DNA of 64,000 nucleotides from Mustelus asterias. Its lineage: Eukaryota. Positions within the stretch are counted from its first letter, which is position 1; each line of letters begins with the position of its first letter. Of this stretch, positions 37,987 to 51,100 are shown piece after piece. The stretch spans positions 34,534,001 to 34,598,000 of the forward strand of contig NC_135812.1 of assembly GCF_964213995.1 (NCBI RefSeq), read 5' to 3'. The position numbers and the translations under genes were made by a program. The notes beneath the pieces are model-generated. The model was not told the origin of the DNA. It made no database searches and saw only the letters and a program-made list of their open reading frames with translations.

Positions 37987-38248
37987 TTGTACTGGCCTTT
38001 TAGAAGTTCGATCGCATCCTTGTAAGTTTCAGCGTCTCTAATCATCGAGAATACTTGATCGCTTACCCGGGCGTGGAGCACGTGTAGCTTTTCGGTTTCG
38101 GTCTGGACGACGGAGGAGGAGGTGAGGAAAGTTTCGAAACAGCGCAGCCAATGATCGAAGCTGTTAGAGGCTCCTACAGCTTGAGGGTCCAGTTCTAATT
38201 TCTCGGGTTTTAGTATCTGCTCCATCCCAAAACTTTTGCTAATAAAAT

Positions 38249-38485
38249 TGATGCACCATCAATCAAGCAAAGACTCGTTTGTATGCAAGAACAAATAGGC
38301 TTTTATTAGCAAAAGACTTGGAGCAAACCCATGCCGATGAACTGGTTCAGAGACTGAGGCAGGGGGTGGGGAGCAGTCGCCTTTATACCTGGACCAGGGG
38401 GGGAGGAGTCCCAGGCAGGTCCAGCAGGGACGCGTCCAGGCATGTCACACACACACAGGCAATAAGCTAACAGTGGTTTACCACA
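38249..38485 (-). repeat. Gypsy 5' LTR (237 bp, TG...CA)
   Basis: The - strand starts TGTGGTAAACC and ends GGTGCATCA, with TATAAA at about 38387-38382 and AATAAA at 38307-38302. Confidence 0.85.
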
Positions 38486-39607
38486 GTGAACACGAGCAAT
38501 TACAAACCGCACTCTCATCATCAGTTTCAAGAATAGAATGTATTTCATTGATTTCTAGTAGATAATGATAACCATCATACGGCTGTCTAACTGTGATCAC
38601 GTGAAGGTATTTCCATGAGATTGAATGTCCAATATTCATACGAGGACACAATGGTTAGTTGCTATAATCAGACTCTCTGCATAAACAATGGCCACCATCT
38701 TCAATCATATGCTGTTGGTAACCAAACATTGAGAGGAGAGAATGAATCAGATTAGTTTAGCAGCTATTTAACTTTAGAAAGGTAAAGGCTCCTATTTGAG
38801 TTCATTACTCTCATGGATCTTATAATTTGTTCTTGTTTATTATTGGCCATTTTCTGTTATCAAACCAGCTTCACAGCAGCTGTGTTGTCAGCGGTTGTCA
38901 GCTTGACTTCCTGTGAAAGCTCTTGGCCAATGAGAACGTTCCTTCACGCCCACTGAGAACCTATCAGAAGTACAAAGATGAGATTGACAGTGTGTCCACC
39001 TGATGATTGGTTATTTATCAATGAGTTTATCATTCAGGCCAGTGACTGCAGTCCAGTCTCCTCACTCTCTAGATCCCAGAGACAGTTCTTCCCCCTCACA
39101 CTGCATGAACTGTAGGTTGTTACTGGTTTTGTTTGAGGCAAACCCTGCACTCTGACAATTGACCCTTTTTCACCATATGCATATGATTTGTAATTTTCTG
39201 CTTTGAAACATATAAATGTTATATATTTTGTTCATAGAGTAATGTTTGGGGACAATTATTAACAGGTTTTAAATGGATATAATTTAGTATAGGTTAAATT
39301 TGATAATGTATCTAAATCATATTTTGAATGACTATTGTAACAAATGGATTCGGAATGAGCTTGTCAGCAATGTAGGGCAAATTGTTCTTTCAAAATCAGT
39401 ATTTCAATAATATCTCAAATGTATCAAAATTTGAAACTTATATTAAAATTACAATAAAATCACACAATCGGTTGTTTCTCGCTGGAGTGTATTCGCTTCT
39501 TGTGTTTCTGTGCTGATTTGCAATAAGTTAAACCAGTTTAACAGGGTTGGGAAATTTGACCTGGGCATACAAAATTATCTAACAGGAATGGTCTAGCTTG
39601 TGCCATA

Positions 39608-39920
39608 AGGGCAGCACGGTGGCACAGTGGTTGGCACTGATGCCTCAGAGAGTCAGGGACCTGCAGTTCAATTCCCGGCTTGAGTCACTGATTGTGTGGA
39701 GTCCGCACGTTCTCCCCGTGTCTGCATGGGTTTCCTCCGGATGCTCCGGTTTCCTCCCACAGTCCGAAAGACATGCTGGTTAGGTGCATTGGCCATGCTA
39801 AATTCTCCTTCAGTGTACCCGAACAGGCGCCAGAGTGTGACGACTCGGGGATTTTCACAGTAACATCATTGCAGTGTTAATGCAAGCCTATTTGTGACAC
39901 TAATAAATAAACTTTAAAAC
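39608..39920 (+). mobile_element. V-SINE variant (same as 10923-11215)
   Basis: HE1-like head and core with the alternative tail ending aataaataaactttaaaactttaaa. Confidence 0.82.
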
Positions 39921-40732
39921 TTTAAACATCTTATGGATTACACCATCAGGCACTTTACTCTTTAGATGCCATTTCATTTGCAAAGATTGTGAAAGAAAAG
40001 CGCATGAACTCATTTGAATTTGCCAGAAATTCTAGAAAGTTCCTGTCTGATCCTGCTTGGTGACTGAAAATAGTCCAGGAGACAACACTGTCAATGACTT
40101 TATCCTATTTGCCCCAGCAGAAGGAGCTCACTGTCAGCGGGACCATACAATCCCATCAGTGGGAATGACTGGAAAATCCCAGCCCTTATACACAGGATCC
40201 CTGTGCCAGCCATGAAGCACTCAAGCTCTCTTCTGAAGTTGGAGTGATTCACTAATTTATCATTTAAACCACCAACTTGTTTCATTGGTTTATATTCCCT
40301 AGGAAAAGCTAAAACAACTTACACCCAACCTATTTCTTTATTTATATAATTTATAAGCATGACGTCTGATTCTCTCAATCTATCTTATTAAAATAACCTG
40401 CCAGCAAGCAATCTCGTCCATTCATTCTCGTCTAACCCTTAAGTCAATCACCCAGATACTTACCCGTCTCTACAGTAGGACACATAGACTAAGAAGATTT
40501 TTTTAATACCCTTTTTGGGTAACCAGGCTATTTTAAACTGAGATTTGTTCTTCCAAAAGTCATCAGAACCATTTCCAAAATGACCAACATTGCACACCTG
40601 GGTGGGAGATCCCCATGTTCTGTGGAGGGGATTCCCCCCACCCCACACCCCCACTCCACCATTGGCTGGTGGCAGGATCTTCTGGTCCTGCTTCCCATTG
40701 TTCACAACCTCTGCCTCTGGGAACGCACAGTG

Positions 40733-42045
40733 AACAAAAAACAAAGAAAATTACAGCACAGGAACAGGCCCTTCGGCCCTCCAAGCCTGCACCGGCCACG
40801 CTGCCCGACTTAACTAAAACCCCCTACCCTTCCAGGGACCATATCCCTCTATTCCCATCTCATTCATGTACTTGTCAAGACGCCCCTTAAAAGTCACTAT
40901 CGTATCCGCCTCCACTACCTCCCCCGGCAACGAGTTCCAGGCACCCACCACTCTCTGTGTAAAACTCTGCCTCGTACATCTCCTTTAAACCTTGCCCCTC
41001 GCACCTTAAACTTATGCCCCTTAGTAATTGGCTTTTCCACCCTGGGAAAAAGCTTCTGACTATCCACTCTGTCCATGCCTCTCATAATTTTGTAGACTTC
41101 TATCAGGTCTCCCCTCAACCTCCGTCGCTCCAGTGAGAACAAACCAAGTTTCTCCAACCTCTCCTCATAGTTAATGCCCTCCATACCAGGCAACATCCTG
41201 GTCAATCTTTTCTGTATCCTCTCCAAAGCCTCCACATCCTTCTGGTAGTGTGGCGACCAGAATTGAACACTATATTCCAAGTGTGGCCTAACTAAGGTTC
41301 TATAAAGCTGCAACATGATTTGCCAATTTTTAAACTCAATACCCCAGCTGATGAAGGCAAGCATGCCGTATGCCTTCTTGACTACCTTCTCCACCTGCAT
41401 TGCCACTTTCAGTGACCTGTGTACCTGTACACCCAGATCCCTTCGCCTATCAATACTCTGAAGGGTTCTGCCATTTACTGTATAGTTCCTATCTGTATTA
41501 GACCTTCCAAAATGCATTACCTCACATTTGTCCTGATTAAACTCCATCTGCCATCTCTCCGTCCAAGTCTCCAACTGATCTATATCCTGATGTATCCTCT
41601 GATGGTCCTCATCGCTATCTGCAAATCCACCAACCTTTGTGTCATCCGCAAACTTACTAATCAACCCAGTTACATTTTCCTCCAAGTCATTTATATATAT
41701 TACAAACAGCAAAGGTCCCTGATCCCTGAGAAACGCCACTTGTCACAGCCCTCTATTCAGAAACGCACCCTTCCACTGCTACCCTCTGTCTTCTTTGCCT
41801 GAGCCAGTTTTGTATCCACCTTGCCAGCTCACCTCTGATCCCATGCGACTTCACCTTCTGCACCAGTCTGCCATGAAGGACCTTGTCAAAGGCCTTACTG
41901 AAGTCCATGTAAACAACATCCACTGCCCTACCCTCATCAATCATCTTTGTCACTGCCTCGAAAAACTCGATCAAGTTCGTGAGACACAACCCCCCCTTCA
42001 CAAAACCACGTTGCCTCTCACTAATACGTCCACTTATTTCCAAGT
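40733..42045 (-). mobile_element. CR1 LINE 3' part (RT), frameshifted
   Basis: ORFs 41753-42043 (QRGFVKGGLCLTNL...YMDFSKAFDKV) and 40915-41739 (SKFADDTK...). Confidence 0.93.
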
Positions 42046-43474
42046 GGGAATAAAAGAAGGGTAACCGTCAACGGGACCAGAAGATCCTGCCAGTGGGAAC
42101 AACCAGAATATCCCACCCCATGTTTTTTCTTGATTCACAGGATATCAGAAATCATTTGTTGTCCATTCCTAACTTCCCGTGAGAAGATCTTGCTGAGCTG
42201 CCTTCCTGAACCATTGCAGTGAATGTGGTGTCAGCACATCTTGAGGGCTCTGAGGGAGGGAGCTCCAGGATTTTAACCCGGGACAGTGAAGGAATGGTGA
42301 TATAACTTCCAATCAGGATGGTGTGTGGCTTGGAGGGAACTTGCAAGTGGTGGTGTTCCCAGGTATCAGCTGCCTGGGTTAATCCTCCCCTCCCCCCACC
42401 CAGGCCAGGCCTGTCAGCTTGACCCCAGTGAAACTCCAGAGTTAACTTAAGGTCTGGGCTCCATCATTAGATGCTTTCTTGAGGACTGGCTGCAGTTCCA
42501 GCAGTGGCCTCTGCCTCCATGGCGCTGTTGGGAACAGAGAACAATATTTGATTGTCAGGCAGCTCTTAGAGGCAGGGCCTCCTCCCCAGATGGAAGCAGG
42601 AAAGACCACCCCAAACCAATTCATGGCCTGGCAGCAGAGGCAGGCTCACGTGCTCACCGAGTAGGGTGACTCGGCCCCTGTAAAATCCAGTCCATTGAAT
42701 ATATTCTAGGCTAAGATAGATAGGCGTTTGAACTGTAGAGAGGTCAAGAGTTATTGTGAACTGGCAGGAAATGAAGTTGAGGCCAAGATCAGATAAGCCA
42801 TGATCCTATTGAATGGTGCAGTAGGCTTGAGTAGCCAATGGCTTATACTTGCTCCTGTTGTTACATTTTTATGTTATTTATGTGGCTGGTCCAGTTAAGT
42901 TTCTGGTCAATGGTATTCCCCCAGATTGAAGATAGTGGGGTATTCAGTAATGGTAGCATGTTTGAATATCAATATGGTCTTATGCTCTTATAGATTCTCT
43001 CTTGTTGGAGCTGGTCATTGCTTGACACTTTTGTGGCATGAGTATTACTTGCCACTTATCAGCCCAAGCCTGAATGCTGTCCATGTCTTGCAGTCTAAGT
43101 ACAGAGACTGTTTCAGTATCTAGGAATCGTAAATGGTGCTGAACAGAGTGCAATCATCAGCAAACATCCCCACTCCGACCCTATGATGGAGGAAAGGTCA
43201 TTGATGAAGCAGCTAAAGGTGATTATGCCAAGGATACTACCCTGAAAAACTCCTACAGCAATACCCTGGAGGTGGAATTATTGACCTACAATGAACACAA
43301 CCTTCTTGCTTTGTGCTATGTATGACTCCAACCAGTGAAGAGCTTTCCTCCAATTCCCACTGACTTCACTGTTGCTGGAAATCCTTGATGCCACGCTCAG
43401 TCAAATGCTGACTTGAAGTCAAGGGTAGTTTCTCGCACCTTTGGAATTCTGTTCTTTTATCCAGCTTTGATTCT

Positions 43475-44800
43475 GTTCTATCTGACACCACTGAGGACAT
43501 TAAGGAATGACCGTATTCCAGCTTGGTGTCCTTTCTCAAATCTCACCTCACCCTCCTCATGCTATCTAGCATGAAGTGTAAGCTACTAATGTGACCATGC
43601 TTTCCACCCCACCCCATTTCCTTCAGCCAAGCCTCGCCTTCTGTGTTTTCAGATATGTAAAAACTGCCACCTGACAGAATCAGGACCACACAGTTAAAGC
43701 TCAACCCTGCTAAACGCAGATTCAGGGTCAACCAGCTTCCTTATGTGGGTCACTTGCTCACAGCTAATGGTGTAAATCCAGATCCAAACAAAACAATGTC
43801 TATACGATGGCCATTTGGCCATTCTGAGGACAAATATGCCTTGCAGTGCTTCCTTAGTATGACAAACTATCTTTCCAAGTTCATTCCTTGTTACAGTGAG
43901 GTCACTGGACCTCTTTGTCAGCTCCTTCAACAAGATGTCGACTGGTGCTGGGAGCATCATACTGTTATATTTAACCAACTCCTCCAATGCTGCAATATAC
44001 CAATGTATGAGTCCCTGTACTCCTATCAGCAGATGCCTTCCAGCATGGACCTGGCACAGTCTGTATCCAGAATGGCAGAGCAGTAGCATTCACATCAAGG
44101 GCCCTCACTGATACTGAGCTCGTTACGCCCAAATCGAGAAGGAACTCTTTGTCCTCGTCTTCGCTTGTCAGAATTTTCATGACCCCATACATGTTCACCC
44201 TGCAACTGATCATCAACCACTTCTTGCAGTTCTTAATACGTCTCTTCACACTGTGTCTGCATGACTACATTCCATGGTGCTCAAACTACAGCAATACAAC
44301 CGCAGTGCTGTCTACAATGTGGTGAGGAACTGTCTACAAGTGTGGTGAGGAACTGTCTACAGGCATGGTGAGGAGTTGTCTACAAGGGTGGTGAGGAGTT
44401 GTCTGCAAGGGTGATGAGGAGTTGTCTACAAGGCTGATGAGTTGTACTTGCTGATGCTCTTTCCAGAGCCTTCCTGCCTAACACTGACCAGATAGATTGT
44501 GAGGAGGACATAACCATACATGTCCTCACATTTTGCCGAAACGAGGAACTTAAGGATGTCTTACAAGCAGATCTCATTCAGGCTGCTGCACAAAATCATT
44601 ACGAAAGGCTGGCCCGAATGCTCAAGGAGATTCCCCATGAGCTCTGCACTTTTCTCCAGGCACAAGGAGCTAACTGGACAGGACAGGCTGATACTGCATC
44701 TCCAGCGATCTGTCATCCCTGCCTCAGTACAGGGATACTACACCCAGCAACTCCAGCATAGGCACCCAGGGTTGGAGGCAACCAGGTACAGACACATTAG
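43475..44800 (+). mobile_element. Old degenerate Gypsy pol fragment (RT, RNase H, start of integrase)
   Basis: LKLNPAKRRFRVNQLPYVGHLLTANGVNPDPNK; FLSMTNYLSKFIP; RYAQIEKELFVLVFACQNFH; TDHQPL; VLADALSRA. Internal tandem repeat of about 23 nt at 44308-44440. Confidence 0.8.
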
Positions 44801-45129
44801 GACAATTCCCATTGCCAAGTCCATCTTGCAACCAAAAATTGAAATCCACCTGAGTGGTGCCCTTATGAAGCTAAGGGGAGGTGGTGGTGTAGTGACGTTG
44901 TCACGAGATTACTAATGCTGAGAACTAGGGGAAGATCAGGGGACCTGGGTTCAAATCCCACCATGGCAGCAGATGAAATAAGAATTCATTAAAAGTCTGG
45001 ATTCTAAAGGCTGAATGCCCTCTGAAATGGGGCGATTAGGGATGAGTAATCACTGCTGGCCCAGCCACTGATGCCCACATCCTGTAAATGGATTTTTTTT
45101 AAAAATCGGTGACAAAGGGCAAAGAGGTA

Positions 45130-48100
45130 TTACAACTGAAATACTCACAGGCCCTTTGGGTTCCTCCATGGGATGGAAGGGTAACTGGAGTGAGATCCAG
45201 AATCTCTCTTCCCCCCCCCCCCCCCCACCCCCATGGTGTTCACTGTCTGAACTATGGAGTGAACATCCTGCACCAAGGTCTCCACCCTCACAGTGTTGGC
45301 CTGGTTGCTGGCACCATTTCCTCAGACAGAAGGCGATGGGACTCCTCCAGTTGGCCTTGCACTCCGAGGAGGGACACTGCATCCCCTCCTGATGTTCGCA
45401 ATTCCGACTTTGCCACTCCAGCACTTGTAGGATGACTAAACCCAGGGCATGTCAGCCAACCAGGGCTCAGCAGAGCCCTGGAATCCGGCATCCCTCCGAG
45501 TGCCGGATCTCTGGGATGTCCTGCCCCTGCCTTCTGTGCATTAACAGAAATGAGGTACTCGCCAGTGAGTGAGCCGGAAAGCTGCCTGCTCATTATTCCT
45601 GCCAAGGTGTGAGTCTCTGAGCTGGCGGAGGGTGTGGGGGACAGCTGGCACATCTTCAATGAGAACATCTGCAAACTTGTCTTTGCAGCTGCGGTTCTTG
45701 GTGGTTTAGTGTCCGACTGAAGGATGGACCAGGCTGCTCGACTGATTCACCTGCGGAATAAGGGAGCTGGAATTAGTGCATGGCAGGGGCATAAGGATGG
45801 AGGAGAAATAACTCATGTGAGGCTAGCAGGATAGATGAATATGTGTCCACCTGCTCCCAGATCACCTTGAGTGTAGGAGCGGTCCAGTTCCTCCCCGCAA
45901 AGCTGGAGGGCTCTCTCAAATGGAGTTAGTACTTTCAGTTTGGTCGTTACTCCTCACACCTGTGCTCTCTCTTTATTGTGAGCCAGTTTGGGCACAGTGT
46001 CAATAGGATGTGTGCCGGGGCAGATGGTAAGGATGCCTGGCAGGTGTGGTTGGTAGGTGGGAGATGGGGTGAGATGGGGAGAGGAGCCGCAGAGGAAATG
46101 AGGCCTTGTGAGGGAGGGCGAGTGGTGGGGCCCCTTGGGGAGCAGCGGGTGAGCTCCCAGTGGGAGAGTTCCCAGTGGGTGTGTGAGTGGATGAGTGGTG
46201 TGTGATGGGTAAGTGGTGACAGATGAGAGGAGTTACTAACCCTGGCTGCACTCATTTTTTTCCCGCACTGGACGCCCGTCCTCCTGTGCAGGCTGCTGGC
46301 ACTGACCCGCACTGCCACTGACCAGTGTTGGCACTGACCCGCACTGCCTCTGACCAGTGTTGGCACTGACCCACACTGCCCCTGACCAGTGTTGGCACTG
46401 ACCCACACTGCCCCTGACCCACACTGCCCCTGACCCACACTGCCCCTGACCCACACTGCCCCTGACCCGCACTACCCCTGACCGGCACTACCCCTGACCC
46501 GCAATGCCCCTGACCAGTGTTGGCACTGACTAGCACTACCCCTGACCAGCACTGCCACTGACCAGCACTGCCACTGACCAGCACTGCCACTGACCAGCAC
46601 TGCCACTGACCTGCACTGCACCTAACCAGCACTGCCCTGGACCAGCACTAACACTGACCCACACTGCCACCGGCCCGTACTGCCACTGACCGGCACTGCC
46701 ATTGACCCTGACCCACACTGTCCCTGACCCGCACTGCCACTGACCAGCACTGCCACTAACCCGCACTGCCACTGACCAGCACTGCCACTGACCCGCACTG
46801 CCCCTAACCCGCACTGCCACAGACCAGCACAGCCCCTGACCCACACTGCCCCTGACCAGCACTGCCACTGACCAGCACTGCCCCTGACCAGCACTGCCCC
46901 TGACCAGCACTGCCACTGACAAGCACTGCCACTGACAAGCACTGCCACAGACCAGCACTGCCCCTCACCCGCACAGTACCTGACCAGCACTGCCCTTGAC
47001 CCGCACTGCCACTGACCCGCACTGCCACTGACCAGCACTGCCACTGAACAGCACAGCCACTGACCCAAACTGCAAATGACCAGCACTGCCCCTGACCCGC
47101 ACTGCCCCTGACCAGCACTGACCCTGAACAGCACTGTCCCTGACCAGCACTGCCACTGACCCGCACTGCCCCTGACCAGCACTCCCCCTGACCAGCACTG
47201 CCACTCACTGGAACTGCCACTGACCAGCACTGCCCCTGACCAGCACTGCCCCTGACCCGCACTGCCCCTGACCAGCACTGCCACTGACCAGCACTGCCAC
47301 TGACCAGCACTGCCCCTGACCAGCACTGCCCCTGACCAGCACTGCCCCTGACCCGCACTGCCCCTGACCAGCACTGCCACTGACCAGCACTGCCACTGAC
47401 AAGCACTGCCACTGACTAGCCCTGCCACTGACCAGCACTGCCCCTCACCCGCACAGTACCTGACCAGCACTGCCCTTGACCCGTACTGCCACTGACCCGC
47501 ACTGCCACTGACCAGCACTGCCACTGAACAGCACAGCCACTGACCCAAACTGCAACTGACCAGCACTGCCCCTGACCCGCACTGCCCCTGAACAGCACTG
47601 ACCCTGAACAGCACTGCCCCTGACCAGCACTGCCACTGACCCGCACTGCCCTAACCAGCACTGCCCCTGACCAGCACTGCCACTCACCCGCACTGCCACT
47701 GACCAGCACTGCCCCTGACCAGCACTGCCCCTGACCCGCACTGCCCCTGACCAGCACTCTCCTGACCCGCACTGCCCCTGACCCGCACTGTCCCTGACCC
47801 GCACTGCCCGTGACCAGCACTGCCCCTGCCCAGCACTGCCCCTGACCAGCACTCCCCTGACAAGCACTGCCACTGACCCGCACTGCCCCTGACCAGCACT
47901 GCCACTGACCAGCACTGCCCCTGACCAGTACTGCCCCTGACCAGTGCTCTCCTGACCAGCACTGCCCCTGACCAGCACTGCCCCTGACCAGCACTGCCCC
48001 TGACCAGCACTGCCACTGACCCGCACTGCCCCTGACCAGCACTGCCCCTGACCAGCACTGCCCCTGACCAGTACTGCCACTGATCCGCACTGCCCCTGAC

Positions 48101-51100
48101 CAGCACTGCCCCTGACCAGCACTGCCCCTGACCCGCACTGCCCCTGACCAGCACTGCCAGTGACCCGCACAACCACTGACCAGCACTGCCACTGACCCGC
48201 ACTGCCCCTGACCAGCACTGCTACTGACCAGCACTGCCACTGACCAGCACTGCCACTGACCCGCACTGCCCCTGACCAGCACTGCCCCTGACCAGCACGG
48301 TTACTGACCAGCACTGCCCCTGAACCGCACTGCCACTGACCAGCACTGCCCCTGATTCACATTGCCACTGACCAGCACTGCCCCTGACCAGCACTGCCCC
48401 TGACCAGCCAGGCCACTGACCCGCACTGCCCTTGACCAGCACTGTCACTGACCAGCACTGCCACTGACCATCACTGCCCCTGACCAGCACTGCCACTGAC
48501 CAGCATTGCCCTTGACCAGCACTGCCACTGACCCGCACTGCCCCTGACCAGCCCTGCCCCTGACCAGTACTGCCACTGATCCGCACTGCCCCTGACCAGC
48601 ACTGCCCCTGACCAGCACTGCCCCTGACTAGCACTGCCACTGACCCGCACTGCCCCTGACCAGCACTGCCCCTGACCAGCACTGCCCCTGACCCGCACTG
48701 CCCCTGACCAGCACTGCCCCTGACCAGCACTGCCATTGACCCGCACTGCCACTGACCAGCACTGCCACTGACCCTCACTGCCACTGACCAGCACTGCCAC
48801 TGACCCGCACTGCCCCTGACCAGCACTGCTACTGACCCGCACTGCCACTGACCAGCACTGCCACTGACCAGCGCTGCCACTGACCAGCACTGCCTCTGAC
48901 CCGCACTGCCCCTGACCAGCACTGCCCCTGACCAGCACGGTTACTGACCAGCACTGCCCCTGACCCGCACTGCCACTGACCAGCACTGCCCCTGACCAGC
49001 ACTGCCCCTGACCAGCACTGCCACTGACCCGCACTGCCCCTGACCAGCACTGCCACTGACCAGCACTGCCACTGACCATCACTGCCCCTGACCAGCACAA
49101 CCACTGACCCACACTGCCACCGGCCCGTACTGCCACTGACCAGCACTGCCATTGACCCTGACCCACACTGTCCCTGACCAGCACTGCCACTGACCAGCAC
49201 TGCCACTAACCCGCACTGCCACTGACCAGCACTGCCACTGACCCGCACTGCCCCTAGCCCGCACTGCCCCTGACCAGTACTGCCACTGATCCGCACTGCC
49301 CCTGACCAGCACTGCCCCTGACCAGCACTGCCACTGACCCGCACTGCCACTGACCCGCACAACCACTGACCAGCACTGCCACTGACCCGCACTGCCCCTG
49401 ACCAGCACTGCTACCGACCCGCACTGCTACTGACCCGCACTGCCACTGACCAGCACTGCCACTGACCAGCACTGCCACTGACCAGCACTGCCACTGACCC
49501 GCACTGCCCCTGACCAGCACGGTTACTGACCAGCACTGCCCCTGAACCGCACTGCCACTGACCAGCACTGCCACTGACCAGCACTGCCCCTGATCCACAT
49601 TGCCACTGACCAGCACTGCCCCTGACCAGCACCGCCCCTGACCAGCCATGCCACTGACCCGCACTGCCCTTGACCAGCACTGCCCCTGACCAGCACTGCC
49701 ACTGACCATCACTGCCCCTGACCATTACTGCCACTGACTAGCATTGCCCTTGACCAGCACTGCCACTGACCCGCACTGCCCCTGACCAGTACTGCCACTG
49801 ATCCGCACTGCCCCTGACCAGCACTGCCCCTGACCTTCACTGCCACTGACCCGCACTGCCCCTGACCAGCACTGCCCCTGACCAGCACTGCTATTGACCA
49901 GCACTGCCACTGACCAGCACTGCCCCTGTCCAGCACTGCCACTGACATGCACTGCCACTGACAAGCACTGCCACTGACCAGCACTGCACCTCACCCGCAC
50001 AGTACCTGACCAGCACTGCCCTTGACCCGCACTGCCACTGACCCAAACAGCCACTGACCAGCACTGCCCCTGACCCGCACTGCCCCTGACTAGCACTGAC
50101 CCTGAACAGCACTGCCCCTGGCCTGCACTGCCACTGACCCGCACTGCCACTGACCAGCACTGCCCCTGACCAGCACTGCCACTCACCCGCACTGCCACTG
50201 ACCAGCACTGCCCCTGACCCGCACTGCCCCTGACCCGCACTGCCCCTGACCAGCACTGCCCCTGACCAGCACTGCCGCTGACCAGCGCTGCCCCTGACCT
50301 GCACTGCCCCTGACCAGCACTCTCCTGACCCGCACTGCCCCTGACCAGCACTGCCCCTGACCAGCACTGCCCCTGACCAGCACTGCCACTGACCAGCACT
50401 CCCCAGACCAGCACTGCCACTGACCCGCACTGCCACTGACCAGCACTGCCACTGACCCGCACTGCCCCTGACCAGCACTGCCCCTGACCAGCACTGCCCC
50501 TGACCAGCACTGCCCCCGACCAGCGCTCTCCTGACCAGCACTGCCCCTGACCAGCACTGCCCCTGACCAGCACTGCCCCTGACCAGCACTGCCCCTGACC
50601 AGCACTGCATCTGACCAGCACTGCCACTGACCCGCACTGCCCCTGACCAGCACTGCCCCTGACCAGCACTGCCCCTGACCAGTACTACCACTGATCCGCC
50701 CAGCCCCTGACCAGCACTGCCCCTGACCAGCACTGCCACTGACCCGCACTGCCCCTGACCAGCACTGCACTGACCCACACTGCCACTGACCCGCAGTGCC
50801 CCTGACCAGCACTGCCACTGACCAGCACTGCCACTGACCAGCACTGCCACTGACCCGCACTGCCCCTGACCAGCACTGTCCCTGACCAGCACGGTTACTG
50901 ACCAGCACTGCCCCTGACCCACACTGCCACTGACCAGCACTGCTATTGACCAGCACTGCCACTGACCAGCACTGCCCCTGTCCAGCACTGCCACTGACCT
51001 GCACTGCCACTGACCAGCACTGCCCCTGACCAGCACTGCCCCTGACCAGCACTGCCCCTGACCAGCACTGCATCTGACCAGCACTGCCACTGACCCGCAC

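Larger units (their letters stand above)
33575..38485 (-). mobile_element. Ty3/Gypsy LTR retrotransposon: 5' LTR, gag, PR, RT, RNase H and IN; frameshifted; 3' LTR absent
   Basis: Gag start MEQILKPEKLELDP (38225). Two zinc knuckles, CYFCGLGKHPRQRC and CSECGKKGHYVKVC. PR LFDCGSTESF; RT IDLKSAFYQ...YLDN; RNase H VESDASDIALAATL; IN HSDRGSSF...NPRGNEQVER. Confidence 0.95.
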
